Source: an uncultured Candidatus Saccharibacteria bacterium (GTDB taxonomy: Bacteria; Patescibacteriota; Minisyncoccia; Phycocordibacterales; UBA12088). From it: DNA of 28,745 bases. The notes beneath the pieces were generated by a model that was given only the letters and a program-made list of their open reading frames with translations, searched no databases and was not told the origin of the DNA. Each line of letters starts with the position of its first letter. The first letter of the stretch is position 1. The translations under genes and the position numbers were made by a program. The stretch lies in assembly GCA_964634575.1 (NCBI GenBank), contig CAZWIY010000001.1, positions 1 to 28,745 of the forward strand, given 5' to 3'. Below are positions 1 through 8,466 of this stretch, piece by piece.

Positions 1-364
1 TAGCGATGGTGGTACCCACGGTCATGACTCCCAGAAGGCCAACTTCAGTCAATTGGGTGGAGCGACGCATCGGATACGATATAGCAAAAAAGGGACGGAT
101 GACGAAAAAAGAGGCGATCCAAATAACGGCAAACAAGCCGGCGCTTGTATAGGCAATTTGTAGGTTGGGCATGGCCCATGTAAACGGAAGCGCTTGAAAT
201 AGTATGAGTGTCGGATACAACGCTAAAAGAATGGCAAGCATGGTTTTTTTGCCGGCATAATATCCTATTGCAATACACGCCAAAATCGACAGCGCCACAA
301 CGATGATATCGATCGGTATGGAATGAAAATAGTCAGTAGCAGTGGCAATACCTTCGTTGACCAT
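1..364 (-). CDS. Multi-pass membrane protein, 3' end runs off the window edge (not in the ORF track)
   Basis: ATG at 364 lies 16 nt after the dnaJ stop. The frame is open to position 1: MVNEGIATATDYFHSIPIDIIVVALSILACIAIGYYAGKKTMLAILLALYPTLILFQALPF..., with several hydrophobic segments. Confidence 0.75.
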   Translation of the reverse strand, partial: MVNEGIATATDYFHSIPIDIIVVALSILACIAIGYYAGKKTMLAILLALYPTLILFQALPFTWAMPNLQIAYTSAGLFAVIWIASFFVIRPFFAISYPMRRSTQLTEVGLLGVMTVGTTIA

Positions 365-380
365 AATAATGCGGGGTACC

Positions 381-1460
381 TTACACTCCTTCCTCTTTTA
401 ACTGCTCTATCGCCTGCTTTGCTTTCTTGGAAATCTTTTGTGGGAGAACAATCCTGACGGTGATGAGTAGGTCGCCTCGTTTCCCATTTTGGCCGGGGAC
501 TCCCTTGCCTTTGGTGCGCAAGGTTTCGCCGAAGGCAACACCCTGCGGCACTTTGACTTCAATGTCGCCGTCGAATGTATGGACGGTATACGTTGCTCCT
601 AAGAGCGCGTCGGTAAGTTTGACGTTAAGATTCATCATGAGGTTACCGCCCTCTTTACGAAAGACTGGGTCTGGTTTGACATGAATTTTGACGTACAGAT
701 CGCCGGGTGTTCCTCCTGCGATCGCTTCACCTGCACCGGTCAGGCGTATCATTTCTCCGTCGTTCACTCCGGCAGGTACCGCGATCACGATCTCCTCCTC
801 GCGACGGACGACGCCTGCGCCACTACAGATACGACATTTCTTTTCCGGTACTTTTCCGGTGCCGTGGCATGTTTCGCACATACGCGTCGTTGCAAATGTA
901 CCAAAGACTGATGCGCGTGATTCGTGCAGCTTCCCTTTACCGGAACAAGTCGGACATGTCTTAAGCTCGCTTCCCGGTTCGGCGCCAGTGCCGGAACATA
1001 TGCTACAACTGCCGACTTTCGCGAGGAGCACTCTACGTTCAACACCAAATACCGACTCTTGAAATGAGACTTCGAGATCAATGGAAATGTCCCTGCCCCG
1101 TCGTGCGCGTCCGCGTCCGCCACCGAAAAAATCGCCAAATACATCGCCAAGGTCAAACTCGAAGCCTTGGAAATTGCCCTGATTAAAGCCGCCAAAATCA
1201 AAACCGGAAAAATCGAAACCTGCCTGATTACCGGTGCCGCCGGATCCGCCGTTGAACACGCGGCCATACGCATCGTACTCCGAACGACGCTTGTCATCGG
1301 AAAGCACGCCGTACGCTTCTCCTATTTCCTTAAATTTTGCTTCATCGCCATCTTTTTTATCAGGATGGTATTTATGGGCAAGTTTGTGAAAGGCTTTCTT
1401 GATCTCCTCTTTCGATGCACTGCGTTCAACTTCAAGAATTTTATAGTAGTCCTTATCCAT
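381..1460 (-). CDS. dnaJ: Molecular chaperone DnaJ
   Basis: J-domain with HPD, a G/F-rich linker and four CxxCxGxG repeats ([32 protein letters not shown]). Directly downstream of dnaK. Confidence 0.98.
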   Translation of the reverse strand: MDKDYYKILEVERSASKEEIKKAFHKLAHKYHPDKKDGDEAKFKEIGEAYGVLSDDKRRSEYDAYGRVFNGGSGGTGNQAGFDFSGFDFGGFNQGNFQGFEFDLGDVFGDFFGGGRGRARRGRDISIDLEVSFQESVFGVERRVLLAKVGSCSICSGTGAEPGSELKTCPTCSGKGKLHESRASVFGTFATTRMCETCHGTGKVPEKKCRICSGAGVVRREEEIVIAVPAGVNDGEMIRLTGAGEAIAGGTPGDLYVKIHVKPDPVFRKEGGNLMMNLNVKLTDALLGATYTVHTFDGDIEVKVPQGVAFGETLRTKGKGVPGQNGKRGDLLITVRIVLPQKISKKAKQAIEQLKEEGV

Positions 1461-1466
1461 GGCTTT

Positions 1467-1475
1467 AGTATAGCA
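1467..1475 (-). promoter_or_regulatory. Extended -10 promoter (TGcTATACT) of dnaJ, leaderless geometry
   Basis: TATACT at 1472..1467 is preceded by TGC and sits 6 nt from the ATG at 1460. Confidence 0.55.
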
Positions 1476-1492
1476 CGTTTTGCTGAAGGGTG

Positions 1493-3364
1493 TTATTTGT
1501 CCCCCGCGCTGTTTTCTGCGTTGTCCGTTCCCTCTTCTTTGATCTGATCAGGATTTTGATTTTGCGTTTGGCTCATCGCTTCGCCGATTTTCTGGAGTGT
1601 CAGGCCAAGCGCGTCGGTCGCGGCATTGATGGCTGTCAGATCATCACTACCAGTCGCTTGTTTGCTATCGGCGATCTTGTCTTCGATCTCTTTTTTCAGC
1701 TCGGCGGAAACTTTGTCACCATGCTCGCGAAGCGACTTTTCTGCCGTGTAGACGAGTTGTTCTGCGGTATTGCGCGCATCGGCAAGTTCTTTTTTCTTTT
1801 GGTCATCGGCTTCATGCGAGGCCGCATCCTGACGCATCTTTTCGATATCGGCATCGGAAAGACCGGAACTCGCTTCGATACGGATGGACTGGCTTTTGCC
1901 GGAAGCCTTGTCTTTTGCCGTCACATTGAGGATGCCGTTTGCATCGACGTCGAAAGCGACTTCGACTTGCGGCATGCCCCGCGGTGCGGGAGGGATGCCG
2001 TCGAGGATGAAACGCCCAAGCGATTTGTTGTCGCCCGCCATCGCGCGTTCGCCTTGTACAACATGGATCTCAACCGATGTTTGATTATCGGCAGCGGTCG
2101 AAAATACTTGCGAACGTTGCGTCGGAATAGTCGTATTGCGTTCGATGAGTTTTGTCGCTACGCCGCCCATCGTCTCGATACCCAAGGACAAAGGGATCAC
2201 GTCAAGCAAGAGTACGTCTTTGACATCGCCTTGCATGATGCCTGCCTGTATCGCAGCGCCTGCCGCGACAACTTCGTCGGGGTTGATAGTTTTGTTAGGC
2301 TCTTTGCCAAATAATGCCTTAACGGCATCGTGGATGGCAGGCATGCGCGTTTGTCCCCCTACCAAGATGACTTCGTTGATCTCGTTTATCTTGAAAGGAG
2401 ATGCTTCAAGAGCGCGTTTGGTGATCGCGATCGAACGGTCGACGTACTCCTGTGCGAGTTCTTCGAGTTTGGCCCGCGTAAAGCGCAAGAGTAAGTGCTT
2501 GGGCCCTTCGGCATCGGACGTGACAAAAGGAATATTGATCTCGGTTTCGGTGGTGGTCGAAAGCTCAAGCTTTGCTTTTTCAGCCGCTTCGTCGAGGCGT
2601 TGCACAGCGAGAGGATCTTTGGTTAGGTCGATACCGTTTTCTTTTTTGAATTCGTCGGCGATCCATCGCACGATCTTTTGGTCGATATCACGGCCGCCCA
2701 TGTGTGCGTCGCCATCGACGGACTTGACTTCGATGACATCGTCACCCACTTCGAGCACCGATACGTCGAAGGTGCCGCCACCAAAATCGAAGACTACTAT
2801 TTTTTCGTCTTTCTTTTTGTTGAAGCCGTACGCAAGTGCCGCTGCCGTTGGCTCGTTGATGATGCGTTTGACATCGAGACCTGCGATCTTACCCGCGTCT
2901 TTGGTTGCTTTGCGTTGAGAATCATTGAAATATGCGGGCACGGTAATAATCGCTTCGGTAATCTTCTCGCCGAGCTTTGCTTCCGCATCGGTTTTGAGCT
3001 TCTGCAAGATCATGGCGGAAATTTCTTCAGGACGATAATCCTTGTCGCCCATATGCACGAGCACTCCGCCATCGGAAGAAGTTTTGACTTCGTACGGTAC
3101 GATCGCTTTGTCTTTCTGAACGGCATCTTCGGTAAAACTGTGGCCGATGAATCGTTTGATGCCGTAAATAGTATTTTGCGGGTTGGTCACTGCTTGCCGT
3201 TTCGCGACCGTACCCACGACACGTTCTTTGGTTTTGGTCATCGCCACAATGGAGGGTGTTGTGCGGCTACCTTCGGCATTTTCAATGATGCGTGGTTCGC
3301 CGCCCTCGACGATTGCCATCGCAGAGTTGGTGGTACCAAGATCTATTCCAAGTATTTTTGCCAT
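1493..3364 (-). CDS. dnaK: Molecular chaperone DnaK (Hsp70)
   Basis: [21 protein letters not shown] and [12 protein letters not shown] motifs; 623 aa. Confidence 0.99.
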   Translation of the reverse strand: MAKILGIDLGTTNSAMAIVEGGEPRIIENAEGSRTTPSIVAMTKTKERVVGTVAKRQAVTNPQNTIYGIKRFIGHSFTEDAVQKDKAIVPYEVKTSSDGGVLVHMGDKDYRPEEISAMILQKLKTDAEAKLGEKITEAIITVPAYFNDSQRKATKDAGKIAGLDVKRIINEPTAAALAYGFNKKKDEKIVVFDFGGGTFDVSVLEVGDDVIEVKSVDGDAHMGGRDIDQKIVRWIADEFKKENGIDLTKDPLAVQRLDEAAEKAKLELSTTTETEINIPFVTSDAEGPKHLLLRFTRAKLEELAQEYVDRSIAITKRALEASPFKINEINEVILVGGQTRMPAIHDAVKALFGKEPNKTINPDEVVAAGAAIQAGIMQGDVKDVLLLDVIPLSLGIETMGGVATKLIERNTTIPTQRSQVFSTAADNQTSVEIHVVQGERAMAGDNKSLGRFILDGIPPAPRGMPQVEVAFDVDANGILNVTAKDKASGKSQSIRIEASSGLSDADIEKMRQDAASHEADDQKKKELADARNTAEQLVYTAEKSLREHGDKVSAELKKEIEDKIADSKQATGSDDLTAINAATDALGLTLQKIGEAMSQTQNQNPDQIKEEGTDNAENSAGDK

Positions 3365-3409
3365 ATAGTGTGAAAAGAAATTACGTAATAATTCTTTAAA
3401 CTTTTATAA

Positions 3410-3997
3410 CTAGTTTGTGTGAGCATTATACACTGCAACAACTACTTTTGCAGGACGGATAAGCTTGTCGTGAAGCATAAAGCCCGGCTGAATTATTTCG
3501 TGTATCATGTGATCCTGTGCGTGGTCCGTGACAGAAGCGGTACTGACTGATTCGTGTATATTCGGATCAAATGCATCGCCGGCTTTGCCAAATGTCTCAA
3601 GACCATGTTCTCGCAAAACATTCATCAGTTGTGCATGGATATGTTCAACACCCATACGCCAATTTCGGTCGACATTTTGCCACGCCTGCCCTTTCATTGC
3701 CATGCCAAAACTGTCGACGACAGCGAGCAAGTCGGTGATGATAGTTTCTGCTGCTCGTGTTCGTTCGCGTTCAAAACCTGCCGCTACTTCTTTTTTGTAA
3801 TTGACCAGATCAGCTTTTGCGCGCTGCCATCCTGCCAGATGTTCCATTTTGTCCACTTCGCATGCTTTCAGTTTGTTTCGTAGCGCTTTCAGTTTTGCCT
3901 GAGCTTCGTTCCCGAAATCTGCCTCGTCATTTTCATCCATGGCCTCTGTCTTGTCCGGCTCTACGGTAACTTCTTCGTCTTCGTGATGTTGCTGCAT
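3410..3997 (-). CDS. grpE: Nucleotide exchange factor GrpE
   Basis: RAKADLVNYKK coiled coil, FDPNIHE and QPGFMLHDKLIRPAKVVV motifs; upstream of dnaK. Confidence 0.97.
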   Translation of the reverse strand: MQQHHEDEEVTVEPDKTEAMDENDEADFGNEAQAKLKALRNKLKACEVDKMEHLAGWQRAKADLVNYKKEVAAGFERERTRAAETIITDLLAVVDSFGMAMKGQAWQNVDRNWRMGVEHIHAQLMNVLREHGLETFGKAGDAFDPNIHESVSTASVTDHAQDHMIHEIIQPGFMLHDKLIRPAKVVVAVYNAHTN

Positions 3998-4003
3998 GCA
4001 AAC

Positions 4004-4031
4004 ATTATAGAGATCAAATTATATTTGTCAA
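4004..4031 (-). promoter_or_regulatory. Sigma70 promoter of grpE-dnaK-dnaJ (TTGACA-16-TATAAT), leaderless geometry
   Basis: TTGACA at 4031..4026 and TATAAT at 4009..4004; the ATG at 3997 is 6 nt after the -10. Confidence 0.75.
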
Positions 4032-4053
4032 ACAGCTAGTTGACAAATATAAT
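4018..4053. repeat. Perfect 14-bp inverted repeat with 8-nt spacer
   Basis: attatatttgtcaa (4018-4031), acagctag, ttgacaaatataat (4040-4053). It contains both divergent -35 boxes. Confidence 0.9.
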
Positions 4054-4067
4054 AAATTATGTATAAT
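4040..4067 (+). promoter_or_regulatory. Sigma70 promoter of the 79-aa ORF (TTGACA-16-TATAAT)
   Basis: TTGACA at 4040-4045 and TATAAT at 4062-4067. Confidence 0.75.
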
Positions 4068-4120
4068 TGACTTTGAATTGAGGCCCCCTCTGTCGGAGAG
4101 GGTAGGAGCAGGAGGACAAG

Positions 4121-4360
4121 ATGCAGAAGTTCTTTCTAGAGGTGCTAAAAAACCTTGCCATTGGAGCATGGACAACAACGGCTTGCCTCTTGCAAGCGTT
4201 TCTTGTGTTAATAGTAATGCGCGGCCTGCATATTTTTATCACGGCCGAGGGCATGGGCGATTTTGCCCTAGCGATACTCTTTGTTTTGGGCGCAGGAAGT
4301 GGCGTCCCAGCCGTCATGGCATCCTTGGAATTGTTGGTGAAAGAGATTCGATCTCTCTAA
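4121..4360 (+). CDS. Small hydrophobic protein (79 aa, ~2 TM segments), function unknown
   Basis: It has its own consensus promoter, AGGAGG at 4110-4115 five nt before the ATG, and a downstream terminator, and it fills an otherwise empty intergenic gap. Confidence 0.7.
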   Translation: MQKFFLEVLKNLAIGAWTTTACLLQAFLVLIVMRGLHIFITAEGMGDFALAILFVLGAGSGVPAVMASLELLVKEIRSL

Positions 4361-4393
4361 CCGACAAATTCTTCTGAAGAACACAGAACCTTT

Positions 4394-4425
4394 ACCGGCC
4401 CTTCTCAAGGGGCCGGTTTCTTTTT
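4394..4425 (+). terminator. Intrinsic terminator of the 79-aa ORF
   Basis: accggccctt-ctc-aaggggccggt stem (one bulged G) followed by ttcttttt. Confidence 0.75.
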
Positions 4426-4831
4426 ATCGCTTGCTCCACTGCGGAGATTTGCGGGCTTTTTTGAGGCCGAATTTGCGGCGTTCTTTTTCGCGCGGATCAC
4501 GTTTGAGGTAGCCTGCTTTTTTGAGTGTCTTTCGATGGGTGAGGTCGAGATCGGTGAGTGCTCGGGCGATGCCATGACGGAGTGCTTCGGCTTGTGCCGC
4601 GATGCCGCCGCCGATGATCTTTGCGGTTACAGAAAATTTTTGCGGAAGTTCGAGTGCCGAAAAAGCTTCATGAGCGCGCGAGCGAAGGATCTCGGTTGGG
4701 AAATATTCTTCGGACGGCTTGTCGTTGACCAACACCGACTGTTTTGCGGCCGGAGTGATACGCACGCGCGCGATCGCCGTCTTTCTGCGGCCAACTGCTT
4801 CCGTATATGCTGTTGTAGATTTGGTTGCCAT
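4424..4831 (-). CDS. rpsI: 30S ribosomal protein S9
   Basis: AVGRRKTAIARV, GGGIAAQAEALRHGIARAL and C-terminal KARKSPQWSKR. Start chosen at ATG 4831, just past the rplM stop. Confidence 0.97.
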   Translation of the reverse strand: MATKSTTAYTEAVGRRKTAIARVRITPAAKQSVLVNDKPSEEYFPTEILRSRAHEAFSALELPQKFSVTAKIIGGGIAAQAEALRHGIARALTDLDLTHRKTLKKAGYLKRDPREKERRKFGLKKARKSPQWSKR

Positions 4832-4832
4832 A

Positions 4833-5195
4833 TTATGCATGTATAGTAAGTCGCTTCATCCGTCCTGCACGCAGTTTGTTGTTGGGAAGCATGCCGTAGA
4901 CCGCCAAGCGCACGACTTCGACATGTCCTTTTTTTGTGATGACCTGATTCATGCTGGGCTGTCGCAAACCGCCCGGATAACCCGTATAGCGTGAATAGGT
5001 TTTTTGCTGACGTTTTTTTTCAGGTAAAAAGAGTTCTGATACGTGCTCAATCGTCACCTTTACGGGTGATTGCAGATGACGAGTGAAGGTAACGGTCTTT
5101 TTGCCAAGTAAGACTGCTGCAGCCTCACTTGCAACGCGTCCCAAGCGTTTACCGCGCGCATCTATGATATGTATTGTTTCTGTTGGTGTAGTCAT
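4833..5195 (-). CDS. rplM: 50S ribosomal protein L13 (short, 120 aa)
   Basis: IDARGKRLGRVAS, YSRYTGYPGGLR and AVYGMLPNNKL motifs; rplM-rpsI pair. Confidence 0.96.
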   Translation of the reverse strand: MTTPTETIHIIDARGKRLGRVASEAAAVLLGKKTVTFTRHLQSPVKVTIEHVSELFLPEKKRQQKTYSRYTGYPGGLRQPSMNQVITKKGHVEVVRLAVYGMLPNNKLRAGRMKRLTIHA

Positions 5196-5203
5196 ACTTG
5201 TTG

Positions 5204-5560
5204 TTACTCGACAAATCCTATGTATGCTTTCATGCTTGCATCTCCAGGACGACGTCCGATACGCACGACACGCGTGTAGCCGCCTTGTCGAGCTTTGAAT
5301 CGAGGGCCGATGGTCGTAAAGAGTTTCTTGGTCGTTTCAGGAGCATTGCCCAAACGTGCCGCAACGAGACGACGGCTTGCAACGTTGTCGGTTTTGGCAT
5401 GCGTCACGATGCGTTCGATAAATGGACGCAATTCTTTTGCACGAGCCTCGGTCGTCGTGATATGGCCGTGAAGAACCAATGACCGTGCAAGTGAACGCAA
5501 CAGAGCGCGCCTGCCGTTGCGCTCCCTGCCGAATTTTCTGTTGCGATCGTGTTTTTTCAT
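5204..5560 (-). CDS. rplQ: 50S ribosomal protein L17
   Basis: RKFGRE..GRRALLRSLA, ITTTEARAKELRP and RQGGYTRVVR motifs. Confidence 0.97.
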   Translation of the reverse strand: MKKHDRNRKFGRERNGRRALLRSLARSLVLHGHITTTEARAKELRPFIERIVTHAKTDNVASRRLVAARLGNAPETTKKLFTTIGPRFKARQGGYTRVVRIGRRPGDASMKAYIGFVE

Positions 5561-5598
5561 ACGTATGTGAGTATACCTGATTTCCCGCAGCTTGCAAT

Positions 5599-6591
5599 TT
5601 ATTTCAGCGTAATGCCGTATTCGCCCAGTGCGCGCTTGATCTCCTGCAAACCTTTCATTCCCAAACCCTCGATGGCGAGAATATCCTCTTCTTTTTTGCG
5701 GGCAAGGCCGCCGATCGTACGGATGTTGGCGCCGGTGAGCGCATTGATGGTACGTGCGGAAAGCTTGAGCGTTTCAATGCGTGTCTTGAAGAGTTCCTGA
5801 TCGAGCGCTTGACGGGGAGCGTTATCATCTGACGCTGCTATAACAGCCTTCTTTTCTTCAGGGATGATATTTTCCGTTTCTTGTGTCGCCTCTTTGCGAT
5901 CTTCTTCTTTAAAGCCGATCACAGCTTTGAGCTGATGGATCAGCGTCTCGATCGCTTTTTCAAGTGCCTGTCGTGGCAATACTGTACCGTCAGTTTCGAT
6001 GGCGATGCGCAAACGATTGAAATCGGTACGATCACCAACGCGCATGTTCTCAACTTCGTAGTTGACGCGGCGGATCGGCGAGAAGGTCGCATCGAGCGCA
6101 ATGGCGCCGATTTCAACACGTTCGCCATGATGCATCTCGCGCGAAACATATCCAAGCCCTTTCTCAACGCGCATTTCGATCGACAACGGCGCTTTTGCGG
6201 TGATCTCTGCAATGTATTGTTCTGGATTGAGGATCGTTACCTGCCCTGCCGCATTGATGTCTCCGGCAGTGACCGCTTTTGGGCCGCTCACATTGAGCAA
6301 GAGGGTTATGGATTCGTCGGTATGCAGTGCGATGCGAACACGTTTGAGGTTGAGCAATATCGTGATGACGTCTTCCTTGACGTGATCAAGCGCGCTGAAT
6401 TCGTGTTGTGCACCCTCAATCTTGACCGAAGTGATTGCGGCGCCCGGCAGCGAAGAAAGGATGATGCGGCGCAGGCTGTTGCCAAGGGTATGGCCGTAAC
6501 CGGGAAAAAGGCCGTCTATTTCATAAACACCGGAAAAACCCTCCTCTGAAACGATGCGGGGTTTTGACGGAAGTGTAACATTGTATTCCAT
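5599..6591 (-). CDS. rpoA: RNA polymerase subunit alpha
   Basis: GYGHTLGNSLRRIILSSLPGAAIT and an alpha-CTD (LSARTINAL...GLGMKGLQEI). Confidence 0.98.
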   Translation of the reverse strand: MEYNVTLPSKPRIVSEEGFSGVYEIDGLFPGYGHTLGNSLRRIILSSLPGAAITSVKIEGAQHEFSALDHVKEDVITILLNLKRVRIALHTDESITLLLNVSGPKAVTAGDINAAGQVTILNPEQYIAEITAKAPLSIEMRVEKGLGYVSREMHHGERVEIGAIALDATFSPIRRVNYEVENMRVGDRTDFNRLRIAIETDGTVLPRQALEKAIETLIHQLKAVIGFKEEDRKEATQETENIIPEEKKAVIAASDDNAPRQALDQELFKTRIETLKLSARTINALTGANIRTIGGLARKKEEDILAIEGLGMKGLQEIKRALGEYGITLK

Positions 6592-6624
6592 AACTCAATC
6601 GTCTTACAATTTTTAATAAAATTA

Positions 6625-7242
6625 CTAACGGCTATAATATTCGAGCACGGCACCAAGATCGGCAACGCTTTCGACGGCATGTTTCTGCGGCATCGTCTTG
6701 ATGTTTCCTTCAAAAACAGCGACATCGAATGTCATCCATGCGGGTGCGCGGACATCGGCGATCGCTTGCTTGCGGTTTTGCACCAATGGCTTTTGCTTGC
6801 TCTCGTTTCTGATACCAAAAGTATCGCCTTCTTTGACATGATATGAAGGAACGGTCATTTTGCGGCCGTTGACGACGACATGTCCGTGCGAAACCATCTG
6901 GCGTGCGAGGGGACGGCTATTGGCAAGACCGGCTCGGTAGATGACGTTGTCAAGGCGGGTTTCCAGTTGGCGCATAAATGCTTCGGCCGGATCATTGCCC
7001 GCGCTTTTCTTATGGGCTTCCGCAACATAGCGGCGCAATTGCCGTTCGGGAACACCGTATGCTAGACGTACCTTTTGCTTTTCAAGAAGCTGCTTGCCGT
7101 AATCAGACAATGCCTTACTGCCTTTTTTACCTCTCGATTTTGTATGGCGCGCTTCAGAAAGCGTAAATTGCTGCGTCTGGCATTTGTCAAAAATGCCGCC
7201 GCCAAGCCTTCTGCATATTTTGTATTTTGGGCCGATTTTCAT
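6625..7242 (-). CDS. rpsD: 30S ribosomal protein S4
   Basis: LSDYGKQLLEKQKVR, LETRLDNVIYRAG and ARQMVSHGH motifs. Confidence 0.97.
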   Translation of the reverse strand: MKIGPKYKICRRLGGGIFDKCQTQQFTLSEARHTKSRGKKGSKALSDYGKQLLEKQKVRLAYGVPERQLRRYVAEAHKKSAGNDPAEAFMRQLETRLDNVIYRAGLANSRPLARQMVSHGHVVVNGRKMTVPSYHVKEGDTFGIRNESKQKPLVQNRKQAIADVRAPAWMTFDVAVFEGNIKTMPQKHAVESVADLGAVLEYYSR

Positions 7243-7251
7243 ACTAGGTGA

Positions 7252-7686
7252 TTATACTCGTCGCGGTTTTGGCGCACGTGGACCGTTGTGCGGTACCGGT
7301 GTGCGGTCTTGAATGCTGCTAATGGTGATACCCTTGCCTGCAAATGAACGCATTGCAGATTCGCGACCGGAACCCACGCCCCGTATGACGACTGCAACAT
7401 CTTTGACTCCCAACAGTGCCGCTTTTTCGCCGATCAACTCTCCGACTTTTGCCGCAGCAAAAGGCGTACTCTTTTTTGCTCCCTTGAATCCAAGGCTTCC
7501 GCTGGAAGCGGTCACGAATATATTGCCGGTTTTATCAGACAACGAAACAAGCGTGTTATTGTAGGTCGCTTGTATGTGTAACACGCCGCTGTCGAGGCGT
7601 TTCTTTGGCGTACGAGCCATCGAGCGTGAACGAAGTCCCGCGTCTACTGAAGATCCTTGTTTTTTTACAATACGTTTTTTACCCAT
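7252..7686 (-). CDS. rpsK: 30S ribosomal protein S11
   Basis: HIQATYNNT, KKSTPFAA, GVGSGRESA and TPVPHNGPR motifs. Confidence 0.98.
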   Translation of the reverse strand: MGKKRIVKKQGSSVDAGLRSRSMARTPKKRLDSGVLHIQATYNNTLVSLSDKTGNIFVTASSGSLGFKGAKKSTPFAAAKVGELIGEKAALLGVKDVAVVIRGVGSGRESAMRSFAGKGITISSIQDRTPVPHNGPRAPKPRRV

Positions 7687-7695
7687 ACTATGTCG

Positions 7696-8079
7696 CTATT
7701 TCTTTTCTACCTTACGTCTGCCTGAACCCATCGTCTTCTTAACGCCCTTGAGGGTACGCGCGTTGGTCTTGGTGCGCTGGCCGCGTGCCGGCAAACGTTT
7801 GACATGACGTGAGCCACGGTATGATCCGATATCTTTCAGGCGTTTGATGTGCGAACTTACTTCACGTCGTAGGTCGCCTTCGATGTTGAAATCTCCTCCT
7901 TCTATTTGTTTGCGGATCGCATTTTCTTCATCGGTATTGAGATCTTTTGGCTTTTTCCCGACATCGATCTTTGCAAGCGCAAGGATCTGCTTTGCGCGGG
8001 GTCGGCCAATACCGTAAATGCCGGTGAGGGCTATCTCGATTCGTTTATCGTCGCGAAGTGTTATACCTGCAATACGCAT
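7696..8079 (-). CDS. rpsM: 30S ribosomal protein S13
   Basis: MRIAG..., ALTGIYGIG and LPARGQRTKTNART motifs. Confidence 0.98.
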   Translation of the reverse strand: MRIAGITLRDDKRIEIALTGIYGIGRPRAKQILALAKIDVGKKPKDLNTDEENAIRKQIEGGDFNIEGDLRREVSSHIKRLKDIGSYRGSRHVKRLPARGQRTKTNARTLKGVKKTMGSGRRKVEKK

Positions 8080-8091
8080 ATGTTCAATATA

Positions 8092-8208
8092 TTAACCTTG
8101 CCGTTGTTTATTGCGGGGTTTCTTTTTATTAATCACGTAAAGGCGCCCGCGGCGACGGACAATCTTGTCATCAGGACTTCTTTTTTTGATAGATGATCGT
8201 ACTTTCAT
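8092..8208 (-). CDS. rpmJ: 50S ribosomal protein L36, cysteine-free (Zn-independent) type (not in the ORF track)
   Basis: Manual translation gives [38 protein letters not shown] (38 aa), at the canonical position between infA and rpsM. Confidence 0.95.
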   Translation of the reverse strand: MKVRSSIKKRSPDDKIVRRRGRLYVINKKKPRNKQRQG

Positions 8209-8213
8209 AAAAA

Positions 8214-8429
8214 CTACAGCCGTTTAATAATGCGCGCACGGCCGCCATATGGATCCATTTGCAGCACGACGCGATCCCCCACCAAGACTTTGATCCGGTG
8301 CATGCGCATTTTGCCTGCAAGGTACGCCAAGATTTTCTCACCGTTACTTTCCAAAACAACACGAAACAACGCATTGGGAAGCGCTTCCTCGACAGTACCT
8401 TGCGCTGTGTCCAATTCCTTGTTATGCAT
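8214..8429 (-). CDS. infA: Translation initiation factor IF-1
   Basis: [14 protein letters not shown] and [18 protein letters not shown] motifs; 71 aa. Confidence 0.97.
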   Translation of the reverse strand: MHNKELDTAQGTVEEALPNALFRVVLESNGEKILAYLAGKMRMHRIKVLVGDRVVLQMDPYGGRARIIKRL

Positions 8430-8466
8430 TACGGCAAGTGATGAGTATCATACCAGAATGGTTTTT

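Noticed and set aside
3372-3396. Palindrome attacgtaat flanked by aagaa/ttctt between grpE and dnaK
   Set aside because: It is very AT-rich and imperfect and matches no CIRCE, HAIR or CtsR consensus, so it is too weak to call.
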